Origin: Mucilaginibacter sp.
GTDB taxonomy: Bacteria; Bacteroidota; Bacteroidia; Sphingobacteriales; Sphingobacteriaceae
Direction: 5' to 3'
Length of the DNA: 64,000 nt
Assembly (NCBI GenBank): GCA_036568825.1
Contig: DATCRU010000071.1
Coordinates: forward strand, 25,383 to 89,382
Shown here: one piece after another, positions 9,781-18,796 of the stretch
Layout of the letters: the number at the start of each line of letters is the position of its first letter
Numbering within the stretch: the stretch's first letter is position 1
The notes under the pieces: model-generated
Seen by the model: the letters and a program-made list of their open reading frames with translations, nothing else
Told to the model about the DNA's origin: nothing
Databases searched by the model: none
Position numbers and translations under genes: made by a program

Positions 9781-9860
9781 TGTCATGCTGAGCTTGTCGG
9801 ATCCGCTGGTTAGCGGAGGGCGAGGCCTTTGCGCACTACACTTCGACATGCTCAGTGTGA
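9781..9860. repeat. GC-rich palindromic intergenic element (TGTCATGCTGAG...GCGGAGGGC family)
   Basis: An outer stem ctgagcttgtcg/cgacatgctcag encloses an inner hairpin ccgct-ggtt-agcgg. A related copy in the opposite orientation lies at 38760-38810. Confidence 0.6.
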
Positions 9861-9869
9861 TACCCTATT

Positions 9870-11042
9870 TTATTTCGTCTTGAATTTATAAAGCGATTCA
9901 GTTTTATAGGTCTGCCCAGGTTTTAATACCGTTGACGGGAATTGCGGCTGATTTGGAGAATCAGGATAATGCTGTGTTTCCATAGCAAAGGCTGTACGAT
10001 AATCATCCTTTTCTCCATATTTCATCGTGTTCTTCGCTTGCATAAAGTTGCCGCTGTAGAATTGCATAGCAGGCTCTTCGGTATAAATTTCCATTACAAT
10101 GCCAGTTTTATCGCCTTTGACAATTGCGATAGGATCAGCCATAGTGTGTTTATTAAGCACAAAATTATGGTCATATCCTTTGCCGTTTTTCAGTTGTTCA
10201 TTAGCATCATTAATGCGTGCACCAATAGTAGTTGCGGTGGTAAAATCAAATGGTGTACCTTTTACCGGCTCAACCTTTCCAGTCGGAATCAAAGTTGAAT
10301 CAACAGGCGTATAGTTATCCGCTTTAAATTGAACCAAGTGATTCAATATAGTTCCGCTACCTTCACCATTCAGGTTGAAATAAGCGTGGTTAGTCAGGTT
10401 CACTACAGTTGTTTTGTCTGTGGTGGCTTCGTACTGACATTTGAAACCATTATCGTCGGTTAATGAGTAAGTTACCTTAATCTTTAAATTACCTGGGAAA
10501 CCTTCTTCCATGTCTTTTGAAAGATAAGTCAGCTCCAATGTTTGGTCATTCACTTTTTTAGCATCCCAAACTACATCCTGGTAGCCTTTTTTACCGCCAT
10601 GCAAGGTGTTAGGTGCATTATTGGTTGCCAGCGTGTATTGTTTGCCCTCAAGGGTGAAATGCCCTTTTGCAATGCGGTTGCCATATCGGCCAATGGTAGC
10701 GCCATAATAGCGTTCAGTCGATTTAATATAATCATCCACACTACTCATGCCCACAGAAACATCAATCATTTTCCCTGCGCTGTCCGGAACCAGAAGGGCT
10801 ACAAGACGACCACCAAAATTTGTGATAGCGGCTTCCATACCATTTTTGTTTTTCAACACGAAGAGGTGCGTTTGTTTGCCGTCAATTGTTTTTTCAAAGG
10901 CCGAATCAGCCGGGAGTTTTCCGTAAGTAATAGTGTCTTTCATAGTTGTTGATGTGTCTGTTTTAGTGGCTGATTGCTTGCAGGCCCCCATCAAAACCAC
11001 GCAAGCCGATAACAGTCCCAAAGATAAATTGCTTAATTTCAT
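9870..11042 (-). CDS. galM: Aldose 1-epimerase (galactose mutarotase), lipoprotein
   Basis: 390 aa aldose-epimerase family sequence (..NLTNHAYFNL.., ..GYDHNF..). Lipobox-like signal ..VLMGAC. Confidence 0.85.
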   Translation of the reverse strand: MKLSNLSLGLLSACVVLMGACKQSATKTDTSTTMKDTITYGKLPADSAFEKTIDGKQTHLFVLKNKNGMEAAITNFGGRLVALLVPDSAGKMIDVSVGMSSVDDYIKSTERYYGATIGRYGNRIAKGHFTLEGKQYTLATNNAPNTLHGGKKGYQDVVWDAKKVNDQTLELTYLSKDMEEGFPGNLKIKVTYSLTDDNGFKCQYEATTDKTTVVNLTNHAYFNLNGEGSGTILNHLVQFKADNYTPVDSTLIPTGKVEPVKGTPFDFTTATTIGARINDANEQLKNGKGYDHNFVLNKHTMADPIAIVKGDKTGIVMEIYTEEPAMQFYSGNFMQAKNTMKYGEKDDYRTAFAMETQHYPDSPNQPQFPSTVLKPGQTYKTESLYKFKTK

Positions 11043-11065
11043 AATGCGGTTTTTATAATCGTTTT

Positions 11066-12136
11066 TTACTGTTTGCTGTTTAATTTTTTGATCAGGTCAG
11101 CCTCTTCCTGTTTATAAGGCGTTCCATCTTTTCTGAAAACATCATGAAACCATAGTTTTGGTTCATCACCATTCGGCATCGGCGTATCCCAGGCATAAAT
11201 CGTATTGGTTTTTCCTGATACTAATCCCCAGTTGATAGCGCCTACATTTTCTTTTTTCAGCATTGGCATCGTATTCTCGAAAGTGCTGCCGCGTAGACGT
11301 GCCATGTATTCGGTACAAATAACAGGTTTGCCAAATGATTTCAGGATTTGCACCACGCGCTGATGTTTTTCCGGCTCTTCATAATCATGATAGGTGATCA
11401 CGTCAGAATGTGTTAATTGAAATTTATTTAGTTTCTCTAAATTCCAGTCCCACATTCCTGAACTTACCGGCTGATCCGGGTTAACAGTTTTTGCCCATGT
11501 AAAGATTTTGGAAAGTAAATCTAATGAAGCATCCCCTTTATTGCTATTTCCGGGTTCGTTGAATAAATCCCACAGAAGGACACGTTTGTCATGTTTAAAA
11601 GTGGTTAAAACATCGGTTACATATTTTTGAAGCAAGGGCAATTCTTCTGCGTTTTTAAGGCGATTTCCCGGATCCTGTACCCAGCCTGAATTGTGGATAC
11701 CCGGTTTAGGCTCTGGTTGTTTGCCTGTTTTTGCTTCCGGGTTCCAGCAATCATCCAGAAACACAAATATGGTTTGGATATGATGTTTATCAGCAATAGT
11801 CAAATATTGACTAACCCGACTTTTAAAACCTTTCGGATCCTGCTGCCAGGCCATGCTATGAAGAAATACTCGCATCGCATTAAAACCAATTCTTTCAGCG
11901 TAGCCTAATTCGCGATCGATAGTTTTTGGATCGAAGGTACCAGCCTGCCACATTTCTAACTGGTTGATAGCAATGCTCGGTGTAAAGTTAGCTCCGTTTA
12001 TCCATTTGTGTTTTGCATACCAGGCATTTGCCTTTGCTGCTGACCAAACCGGAGCTTGTGATTTTTGTGCTTTAACTGCCTGGAAGGATAGAATCATCAG
12101 CAGGAAAGCGAGTAATTGTATGTGATTTTTCTTCAT
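11066..12136 (-). CDS. Clan GH-A (GH5-like) secreted glycoside hydrolase
   Basis: Signal peptide. NEPGN acid/base-type motif and a CTEY nucleophile-type motif in a (beta/alpha)8-like sequence. Confidence 0.7.
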   Translation of the reverse strand: MKKNHIQLLAFLLMILSFQAVKAQKSQAPVWSAAKANAWYAKHKWINGANFTPSIAINQLEMWQAGTFDPKTIDRELGYAERIGFNAMRVFLHSMAWQQDPKGFKSRVSQYLTIADKHHIQTIFVFLDDCWNPEAKTGKQPEPKPGIHNSGWVQDPGNRLKNAEELPLLQKYVTDVLTTFKHDKRVLLWDLFNEPGNSNKGDASLDLLSKIFTWAKTVNPDQPVSSGMWDWNLEKLNKFQLTHSDVITYHDYEEPEKHQRVVQILKSFGKPVICTEYMARLRGSTFENTMPMLKKENVGAINWGLVSGKTNTIYAWDTPMPNGDEPKLWFHDVFRKDGTPYKQEEADLIKKLNSKQ

Positions 12137-12142
12137 AATTAC

Positions 12143-13195
12143 TTAATTGGTACCTGATGGCACGGGTATTTCAACATCTTCCTTAACCGGTATGCCAAAA
12201 TTCGGACTGTCGTCTTTATTCCAGGTAAACTTTTGAGCCCTTGGTGAACGATCTTTACCACATCCTAAGCCGGGGCGCGAATTGGCGTGGTATAAAATCC
12301 AATCCTCTTTGCCATCAGGCGATTTGAAAAATGAATTATGCCCCGGGGCATAGACACTGTTCTCCGGCGATTGCTTAAATACAGGGTGAACTGACTTGAT
12401 CCAGGAACTTGGATCGAGCAGATCTTTATTCTCAGAAGTGGTTAGCATACCGAGTGCGTAATAGTCAGTCCAGCAGCCACTGGCCGAATATATCAGGAAT
12501 ACCTTTCCGTTATGCTTCAATATTTCCGGTCCTTCATTAACATTCACATGAGGTGGATTAGAACTGTCATGCAGATCGCCATATTTTTCCCAGTCATAAG
12601 TAGGGCTCGAAATCTTTACCCGCTTACTGCTTATTGCCCATGGATTACTCATTTTAGCAATATAAATGTTCTGCTGACCATTTTCATCACCTTCCCAGCC
12701 AGCCCAGATCATATAAAGTTGCCCTTTATTTTCAAATACTGAAACATCAATAGCCCATTTATTAGTTCCATCACTGACTTTTCCTTTGAATGTCCAATCA
12801 CCTTTTAAAGGATCTGCGGAAGGATTCTCAAGCACGTATATTCTGTGATGATCATTTTTACCGTCATCTGCAGCAAAGTACATATACCATTTATGGTTGA
12901 GGTAGTGCAGCTCAGGTGCCCAAAGCTCATGAGAGTAAGAGGTATTTGGCGGGGGAGTCCATATTGTTTTTCGCTCCGCGTTTTTCAGATCGGTGATATC
13001 TTTTGTTTTCCACAACACCAGGCTGTTTTGCATGGAGTTTGTATAGTAATAATACCCGTCAACCTGTATACACCAAGGATCAGCACCAGAAGGCAGCAAT
13101 GGATTGGTAAACGTTTTAGATTGTGCAGATACCAAAGTCGGGAGAATACTTATCAGGAATAAAACAGAAAACGACTTGATAAAAAACATTCTCAT
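12143..13195 (-). CDS. Glycoside hydrolase family 43 protein
   Basis: Signal peptide. GH43 catalytic-triad contexts are present (GADPWC, WAPELH, VNEGPE). 350 aa. Confidence 0.85.
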   Translation of the reverse strand: MRMFFIKSFSVLFLISILPTLVSAQSKTFTNPLLPSGADPWCIQVDGYYYYTNSMQNSLVLWKTKDITDLKNAERKTIWTPPPNTSYSHELWAPELHYLNHKWYMYFAADDGKNDHHRIYVLENPSADPLKGDWTFKGKVSDGTNKWAIDVSVFENKGQLYMIWAGWEGDENGQQNIYIAKMSNPWAISSKRVKISSPTYDWEKYGDLHDSSNPPHVNVNEGPEILKHNGKVFLIYSASGCWTDYYALGMLTTSENKDLLDPSSWIKSVHPVFKQSPENSVYAPGHNSFFKSPDGKEDWILYHANSRPGLGCGKDRSPRAQKFTWNKDDSPNFGIPVKEDVEIPVPSGTN

Positions 13196-13355
13196 AAGCA
13201 GGTTGATCGCCGGTTGGAAATGCTAAATTGATAAAAAATGTAATAATTACAATTATTTTTAATTCAATTTATCTTTCAAGCTGTTTTCGACATGGTTCCG
13301 GCTTATGAGGATACAGAATAACAGAAAAATAAATGAAAACCGGAACTACCGTGCA

Positions 13356-14225
13356 CTAAAAATCAAGGCCGCTTAGATCAACGACTGCTGAATCACAAAT
13401 ATATGTGGGTACAATACCGGCAGCTGTAATACGCGTCTCATAGTCTTTGGCCAAAGTATTACCTGTTAAAACAAGGACTGTATCCAACCCAAACTTATTT
13501 CCGCCAAGAATATCTGTATTTAACGTATCGCCAACCATCACGATATCGCTTTTGCTGATTTGACGATATTCGCGTATCAGGTCATAAGCGAACATAAACA
13601 TCTGTGAGTCAGGCTTTCCGAAACGGATAAACTGCTTGCCGACCACACTTTCGATCATTGCTGCGATACCACCAATAGCAATGGAAACATTGGACGCTGA
13701 AAGCGGATAAGCGCGATCAGTATTGGCCACAATAACCGGGATAGGCTTTTTCCTGATCAGGTTAACGGTTTTATTCAAATCATGGCACCAATCGAAGCCC
13801 TCATCGTCCAGGAATATCAGGGCGCTCACTTTATCCATGTTATGCTCGTTCACTTCACTCATGGGTAAGGTTTGCAGTCCGGACCGTTCAATATAATGCG
13901 CGGAGTTTGGCGTACCTAAATAGGCTACGATACCATCAGGAACTTTCAGATCAAGAAATTCCTTGGTAAGCATGCCGGATGAGACAATACGGTCCGCGGT
14001 GATAGCCTTTAAACCCATGCGATGATAGGATTCTGCTAATTGTTGCGGACCGCGCGAAGCATCGTTCGTAACAATATAGTACTCCTTTTTTTCTCTTTCG
14101 AGGTATGTAAAAGTATTTTCTATTCCACTAACTAAACCTGAATAGTTTTTAATAACTCCAAAAGCATCAAAAAATACGATCTTATATTTATCTACTATGG
14201 ACTTAAAGTTATCTACTTTCTTCAT
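13356..14225 (-). CDS. HAD-superfamily subfamily IIA hydrolase (TIGR01459-like)
   Basis: Motif I is FFDAFGV and the C-terminal motif is GDTLNTDILGG. 289 aa. Last gene of a three-gene minus-strand operon. Confidence 0.8.
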   Translation of the reverse strand: MKKVDNFKSIVDKYKIVFFDAFGVIKNYSGLVSGIENTFTYLEREKKEYYIVTNDASRGPQQLAESYHRMGLKAITADRIVSSGMLTKEFLDLKVPDGIVAYLGTPNSAHYIERSGLQTLPMSEVNEHNMDKVSALIFLDDEGFDWCHDLNKTVNLIRKKPIPVIVANTDRAYPLSASNVSIAIGGIAAMIESVVGKQFIRFGKPDSQMFMFAYDLIREYRQISKSDIVMVGDTLNTDILGGNKFGLDTVLVLTGNTLAKDYETRITAAGIVPTYICDSAVVDLSGLDF

Positions 14226-14244
14226 TTATAATCGATTACTCAGT

Positions 14245-15300
14245 TTATGCTAAAGTTTTACTTTCTTCGAGATCAAGGGCCTGTATAATGTGTTCAGCAT
14301 CAAAATCGCGGTCGACAGATGGCAAATAAATATCAAAAGCCTCAGCCTGAAGCTTTTTGGCATATTGTTCATTAAAGAAATATTTGCCGTCTTTTATTAC
14401 ATAATTCAGGATAAAAAAGCGGTAGGCTTCTTTCAGGAAACGGATCTCATTCGCAGTTAGCGGGTTTACGTGGTGATATTCCTCCAGAAACATAACAAAA
14501 CGGTCTTCCATCAAAGTATTGATGCCGTAACTAAATACAGTACGGTCGCCAACATCAGAAACCACACGGCTGAAGAAGTAAAAATCCAGCACACGATAAC
14601 TCATTCTAAACCAATCATAATCCCAGCGGGAATAAAGCTCCAGATCTTTAGTAACTGAGAAATTGCCAATGTTCCAGTCGATAAATACGGGAATGATCTC
14701 AAACGAGCTCATGTTATATTTCGAGCGGTTTTTTAGGAACAATTCGCAATGATATTTCAGGAAATCCACTTGCATGGCTGATCCGAATTGCCTTTCGTTC
14801 TTCTCTAATTGTTGCTGCAGGGCATAAATATCTGTCCGAAGCGTTTTAGCAGATTTAGGAAGCACATTCTTAGCTCTTGAACAAGCCTTATGAAATTTAC
14901 CGATCTGTTGACCGAGCTTACGGATATGATGTTCATCCAAACGCCTTGGCAAACGCTCCGCAATTCGTGTTGGATTGTAAAATACCACCCAGGCATCGTC
15001 TTTTCCATGTTTATGGCGATAGATATAAACCCGGTTATTCTTCAGAAGCGATTTGGACAATACATTCTCAAAGGGATAAAGCAGGTTGTTGGATAAACTA
15101 TGTATGATGCGGTGATCTTCCTTAAACAGCTCGTATTTTCCAAAATGTGAAAGCTTGGCAATGATAATATCGTCATCCTCAAAGGTTATCTTAAACACAT
15201 GGTTGGTTGAAACCATGGCGCTGATATCCTCAATATCGCGTATCTTTTTAGAAGCGTCATAGCCTTCCCAGGCTTTTTTTAGTATAAAATGATAGTCCAT
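14245..15300 (-). CDS. Protein-kinase-like fold phosphotransferase (APH/choline-kinase-like), substrate unknown
   Basis: FIDWNIGNF matches the Brenner-type HxDxxxxN position and a downstream WDYDW motif is present. 351 aa. Its start directly abuts the upstream gene's stop. Confidence 0.6.
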   Translation of the reverse strand: MDYHFILKKAWEGYDASKKIRDIEDISAMVSTNHVFKITFEDDDIIIAKLSHFGKYELFKEDHRIIHSLSNNLLYPFENVLSKSLLKNNRVYIYRHKHGKDDAWVVFYNPTRIAERLPRRLDEHHIRKLGQQIGKFHKACSRAKNVLPKSAKTLRTDIYALQQQLEKNERQFGSAMQVDFLKYHCELFLKNRSKYNMSSFEIIPVFIDWNIGNFSVTKDLELYSRWDYDWFRMSYRVLDFYFFSRVVSDVGDRTVFSYGINTLMEDRFVMFLEEYHHVNPLTANEIRFLKEAYRFFILNYVIKDGKYFFNEQYAKKLQAEAFDIYLPSVDRDFDAEHIIQALDLEESKTLA

Positions 15301-16659
15301 TTAAATAATTTCAAAATATCTCTTCAATTCCCAATCGGTCACACTTTTCGCAAATTGTTTGCATTCCCATAAACGGGTTTTTGAGTAATGGTCAACAAAG
15401 CCTTCGCCAAATAATTCATTGGCGATCTTAGAATCCTTCATAATGTTCGCCGCATCTAACAGATTAGATGGTATAGTTCCGTTTTTAGTATCCTGGTAAC
15501 CATTGCCAACTGTTGCCGAAATATTCAAAGGCAGCTTATTCTTTACACCATATAATCCTGATGCCAATGCTGCCGCCATTACCAGGTATGGATTGGTATC
15601 CGAACCTGGAATACGGGTTTCCAATCTTGTATAAGCAGGAGAGGTGTTGATCACCCGGAAAGCAGTCGTTCGATTTTCGACAGCCCAAGTAATTGTAGTT
15701 GGCGCCCAGGCACCTTCAACCAGTCGTTTGTAGCTATTGATAGTTGGGGCATACATCGGCAAAATATGCGGCAAACAATGTAACTGCCCTGCCAGATAAT
15801 GCTTATGCAGTTCACTCATTTTATTGGTATCTTCAGCATTATAGAACAGGTTCTCTGTTTTATCCTTATTCCACAAACTCTGATGCACATGACCGCCGCA
15901 ACCCGGCAAGTTTTCATTCCACTTGGCCATAAAAGTCGCCATAATGCCATGCTGGTAAGCAATTTCTTTAATGGCAGTTTTTAGTAATACAGCTCTATCA
16001 GCTGCTTCAATAATGTGATCATGCAAAATAGCTGCTTCGTATACTCCTGGTCCGGTTTCCGTATGCAAACCTTCCAATGGAATATCAAACTCCATTAGCA
16101 GATTAAACAGGTCGTAATAAAAATCACTATTTTCTGAAGTCCGCAGTATGGAATACCCAAACATACCCGGTGTTAAAGTTTCCAGATTGGTAAAGCTTTT
16201 CTCCTGCAATGATTGTGGCGTTTCCCTGAAATTGAACCATTCAAATTCCTGTGCGAATTCTGGGTGAAAATCCAGTGATTCGCATTCTTTGGTAATTCGT
16301 TTTAATAAACTTCTGGGACAAGCGGGCAAATCATTTCCATCAGCCTTACTAAAATCAGCCAGGAAAAAAGGGATATCATCCTGCCATGGAACTGTACGAA
16401 AGGTAGATAGGTCTATACGGCAAAGTTGATCAGGATAACCTGTATGCCAGCCGGTTAGTTCTATATTGTTATTACAAAGATCGCTGCTGTCCCAGCCAAA
16501 AACTACGTCGCAAAAACCATAACCTTTTTGCAGTCCATCGGTGAATTTTTTATGATGGATCACTTTTCCGCGCAGCACACCATCTATATCGGCAAAAGCG
16601 AACTTAATTTTGTCTATATTTTTTTCTTTTAGATAAGATATGATTTGTTGTGTATCCAT
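15301..16659 (-). CDS. Glutamine-synthetase-family ligase (GlnA/PuuA-like gamma-glutamyl-amine synthetase candidate)
   Basis: 452 aa with a GS catalytic domain carrying INSYKRL and ENRTTAFR signatures. Confidence 0.8.
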   Translation of the reverse strand: MDTQQIISYLKEKNIDKIKFAFADIDGVLRGKVIHHKKFTDGLQKGYGFCDVVFGWDSSDLCNNNIELTGWHTGYPDQLCRIDLSTFRTVPWQDDIPFFLADFSKADGNDLPACPRSLLKRITKECESLDFHPEFAQEFEWFNFRETPQSLQEKSFTNLETLTPGMFGYSILRTSENSDFYYDLFNLLMEFDIPLEGLHTETGPGVYEAAILHDHIIEAADRAVLLKTAIKEIAYQHGIMATFMAKWNENLPGCGGHVHQSLWNKDKTENLFYNAEDTNKMSELHKHYLAGQLHCLPHILPMYAPTINSYKRLVEGAWAPTTITWAVENRTTAFRVINTSPAYTRLETRIPGSDTNPYLVMAAALASGLYGVKNKLPLNISATVGNGYQDTKNGTIPSNLLDAANIMKDSKIANELFGEGFVDHYSKTRLWECKQFAKSVTDWELKRYFEII

Positions 16660-16700
16660 AAATCGTTGATACGATAAAACATGGCAAGTTAGTTATAAAA

Positions 16701-16779
16701 TTAGTGAATTAGTGCTAGGGTGAATCAGTGAATGGTTAATTATAAATTAGTGAATTAGTGATTGAGTGAATTAGTGAAT
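16701..16779. repeat. Tandem 8-bp repeat array (TTAGTGAA consensus, 2 blocks of 4)
   Basis: ttagtgaa ttagtgct agggtgaa tcagtgaa, then a 14-nt spacer, then ttagtgaa ttagtgat tgagtgaa ttagtgaa. Lies in the divergent promoter region between the GS-like operon and the GGCT gene. Confidence 0.8.
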
Positions 16780-16794
16780 GCTTAATTAAATTTG

Positions 16795-17187
16795 ATGATG
16801 ATGAAAAGCGCTTTGTTATTTATCTATGGTACATTGTTAAATCACAACAATGAGTTTGCAGTTTATCTGAAAGAACATAGTCACTTTTTTGCCAATGGTA
16901 AGATAAAAGGGAGACTTTATGATATCGGCGAATATCCAGGTGCGGTATTGGATGATAGTGATGAATACATCTACGGCGTCATTTTGCAAATTGATGACCC
17001 TGAGGTGGTTTTCTTAGAGATAGACGATTATGAAGGTTATGGTGATGAGCAGCCCGAACCTAATGAGTTTATCAGGATATCGGCAGATGTTGAAACAGCA
17101 TCAGAAATCGTAACCTGCTATATATATGTATATAATTTACCGGTTGATAGTCTGGAAAAGATTGGAGGCGGCAGATATCTTAAGTGA
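16795..17187 (+). CDS. Gamma-glutamylcyclotransferase (AIG2/GGCT-like)
   Basis: FIYGTLL..., YPGAV and DDYEG motifs of the GGCT/AIG2 fold. The track ORF begins at a TTG (16792) followed by three ATGs, so the exact start is uncertain. Confidence 0.75.
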   Translation: MMMKSALLFIYGTLLNHNNEFAVYLKEHSHFFANGKIKGRLYDIGEYPGAVLDDSDEYIYGVILQIDDPEVVFLEIDDYEGYGDEQPEPNEFIRISADVETASEIVTCYIYVYNLPVDSLEKIGGGRYLK

Positions 17188-17231
17188 GTATTATCAAACT
17201 CCCTCTCCCCTGGAGAGGGCCGGGGTGAGGC

Positions 17232-17267
17232 AAATAAAAAGCCCCACAGAAACAGATCTGCAGGGCC
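17232..17267 (-). terminator. Rho-independent terminator downstream of glnII
   Basis: On the minus strand, a 9-bp stem gccctgcag/ctgtggggc (two G-U pairs) is followed by TTTTTATTT. Confidence 0.55.
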
Positions 17268-17290
17268 CAGTATAAATTAATTAGGAGTTA

Positions 17291-18295
17291 TTATATCGCT
17301 GACTTTACAGTTTTGATGATACGTGCAGCTACTTTGTATGGATCAGCAGCTGAGTTCGGACGACGATCTTCCAGGTAACCTTTCCAGCCTTTTTGTACAG
17401 TGTACAGAGGGATACGGATAGAAGCACCACGGTCAGATACACCATAGCTATAGTCATGGATAGAAGCGGTTTCGTGTTTACCGGTCAAACGCTGATCGTT
17501 GTCAGCTCCGTAAACTGCGATGTGTTCTGCAACAACCGGGCGGAATGCTTCAAGTATCTTTTTGTATACATCTTCGCTACCGGTAGTTCTCAACAATGTA
17601 TTTGAGAAGTTAGCGTGCATACCTGAACCGTTCCAGTCTAATTGACCAAGCGGTTTGCAATGCCAGTTGATAGAAACTCCGTATTTCTCACCGATTCTTT
17701 CTAACAAATAACGGGCAACCCAGATTTCATCACCGGCTTCTTTAGCGCCTTTTGCGAAGATCTGGAATTCCCACTGACCAGCAGCAACCTCAGCATTGAT
17801 ACCTTCAACGTTCAGACCTGCTTCCAAACAAGCGTCTAAGTGTTCTTCAACAATGTCACGGCCAAAAGCATTTTTAGCACCTACAGAGCAGTAGTATGGA
17901 CCTTGAGGGCCAGGGTAACCACCTGCAGGGAAACCTAAAGGTTTATTGGTTTCAGGATCCCACAGGAAGTATTCCTGCTCGAAACCGAACCAAAAATCGC
18001 TATCATCATCTTCAATTAGAGCACGGCCATTAGACTCATGTGGTTTGCCGGTTGAATCAAGTACTTCGCACATTACCAGGTAAGCGTCTTTTCTTTGAGG
18101 ATCAACACAAATGTAAACGGGTTTCAAAATACAATCAGAAGAACCGCCTGGTGCTTGTTCTGTTGATGAACCATCAAAGCTCCAATTCGGGCAATCTTCT
18201 AATTTACCGCTGAAATCACCTACAATTTTTGTTTTGCTACGAAGGCTTTGTGTTGGTTTGTAGCCGTCAAGCCAGATGTACTCTAATTTTGCCAT
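17291..18295 (-). CDS. glnII: Glutamine synthetase type II (short eukaryote-like GS)
   Basis: 334 aa with MAKLEYIWLDG.., GSGMHANFS and DNDQRLTGKHET signatures of GSII. Confidence 0.88.
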   Translation of the reverse strand: MAKLEYIWLDGYKPTQSLRSKTKIVGDFSGKLEDCPNWSFDGSSTEQAPGGSSDCILKPVYICVDPQRKDAYLVMCEVLDSTGKPHESNGRALIEDDDSDFWFGFEQEYFLWDPETNKPLGFPAGGYPGPQGPYYCSVGAKNAFGRDIVEEHLDACLEAGLNVEGINAEVAAGQWEFQIFAKGAKEAGDEIWVARYLLERIGEKYGVSINWHCKPLGQLDWNGSGMHANFSNTLLRTTGSEDVYKKILEAFRPVVAEHIAVYGADNDQRLTGKHETASIHDYSYGVSDRGASIRIPLYTVQKGWKGYLEDRRPNSAADPYKVAARIIKTVKSAI

Positions 18296-18796
18296 TGTTT
18301 AGTTGTTTTGAAAAATTTGGATCAAGTATCAGTTTTACTATCGTGAGTTTAAATTTCGAAGGCGAATTTAAATATTTTTTACAATTTTCATGATAATTGT
18401 GATAAAAAATTAAAAATATTTTCAAAAACAGTCATTTTATCCGTCGAAATAGACAAAAAATCATTTAAAAATGGCTTTTATTTGAAATTGATTAATTTTT
18501 TAGAGTCAAAAGTAGAGAAAGCCTAATTTTATGATATCGACAAGGATGTATTTGGTAATTTTTAACACTCAATAGGTTAGTTTTAATAAAATGTTAAAAA
18601 ATATGGCAATTTCACCTTTAAAATAATGAAAATGATAAATTTTAAGGCATTGCTACAGTACTGTTATATTTTCAATTAATTAAAGATGCTGTTATAAAAA
18701 TTTCTTAAAATTGCCCTGAAAATTTCCGGAGGGGTATACTTAACGTATTGATCCCTACCTCAAACTAATGTTTCCTTCTTATAAATTAATTACTAT

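Noticed and set aside
16701-16779. CRISPR-like array
   Set aside because: The units are only 8 bp and directly abut, with no spacers. No cas genes are in the window.
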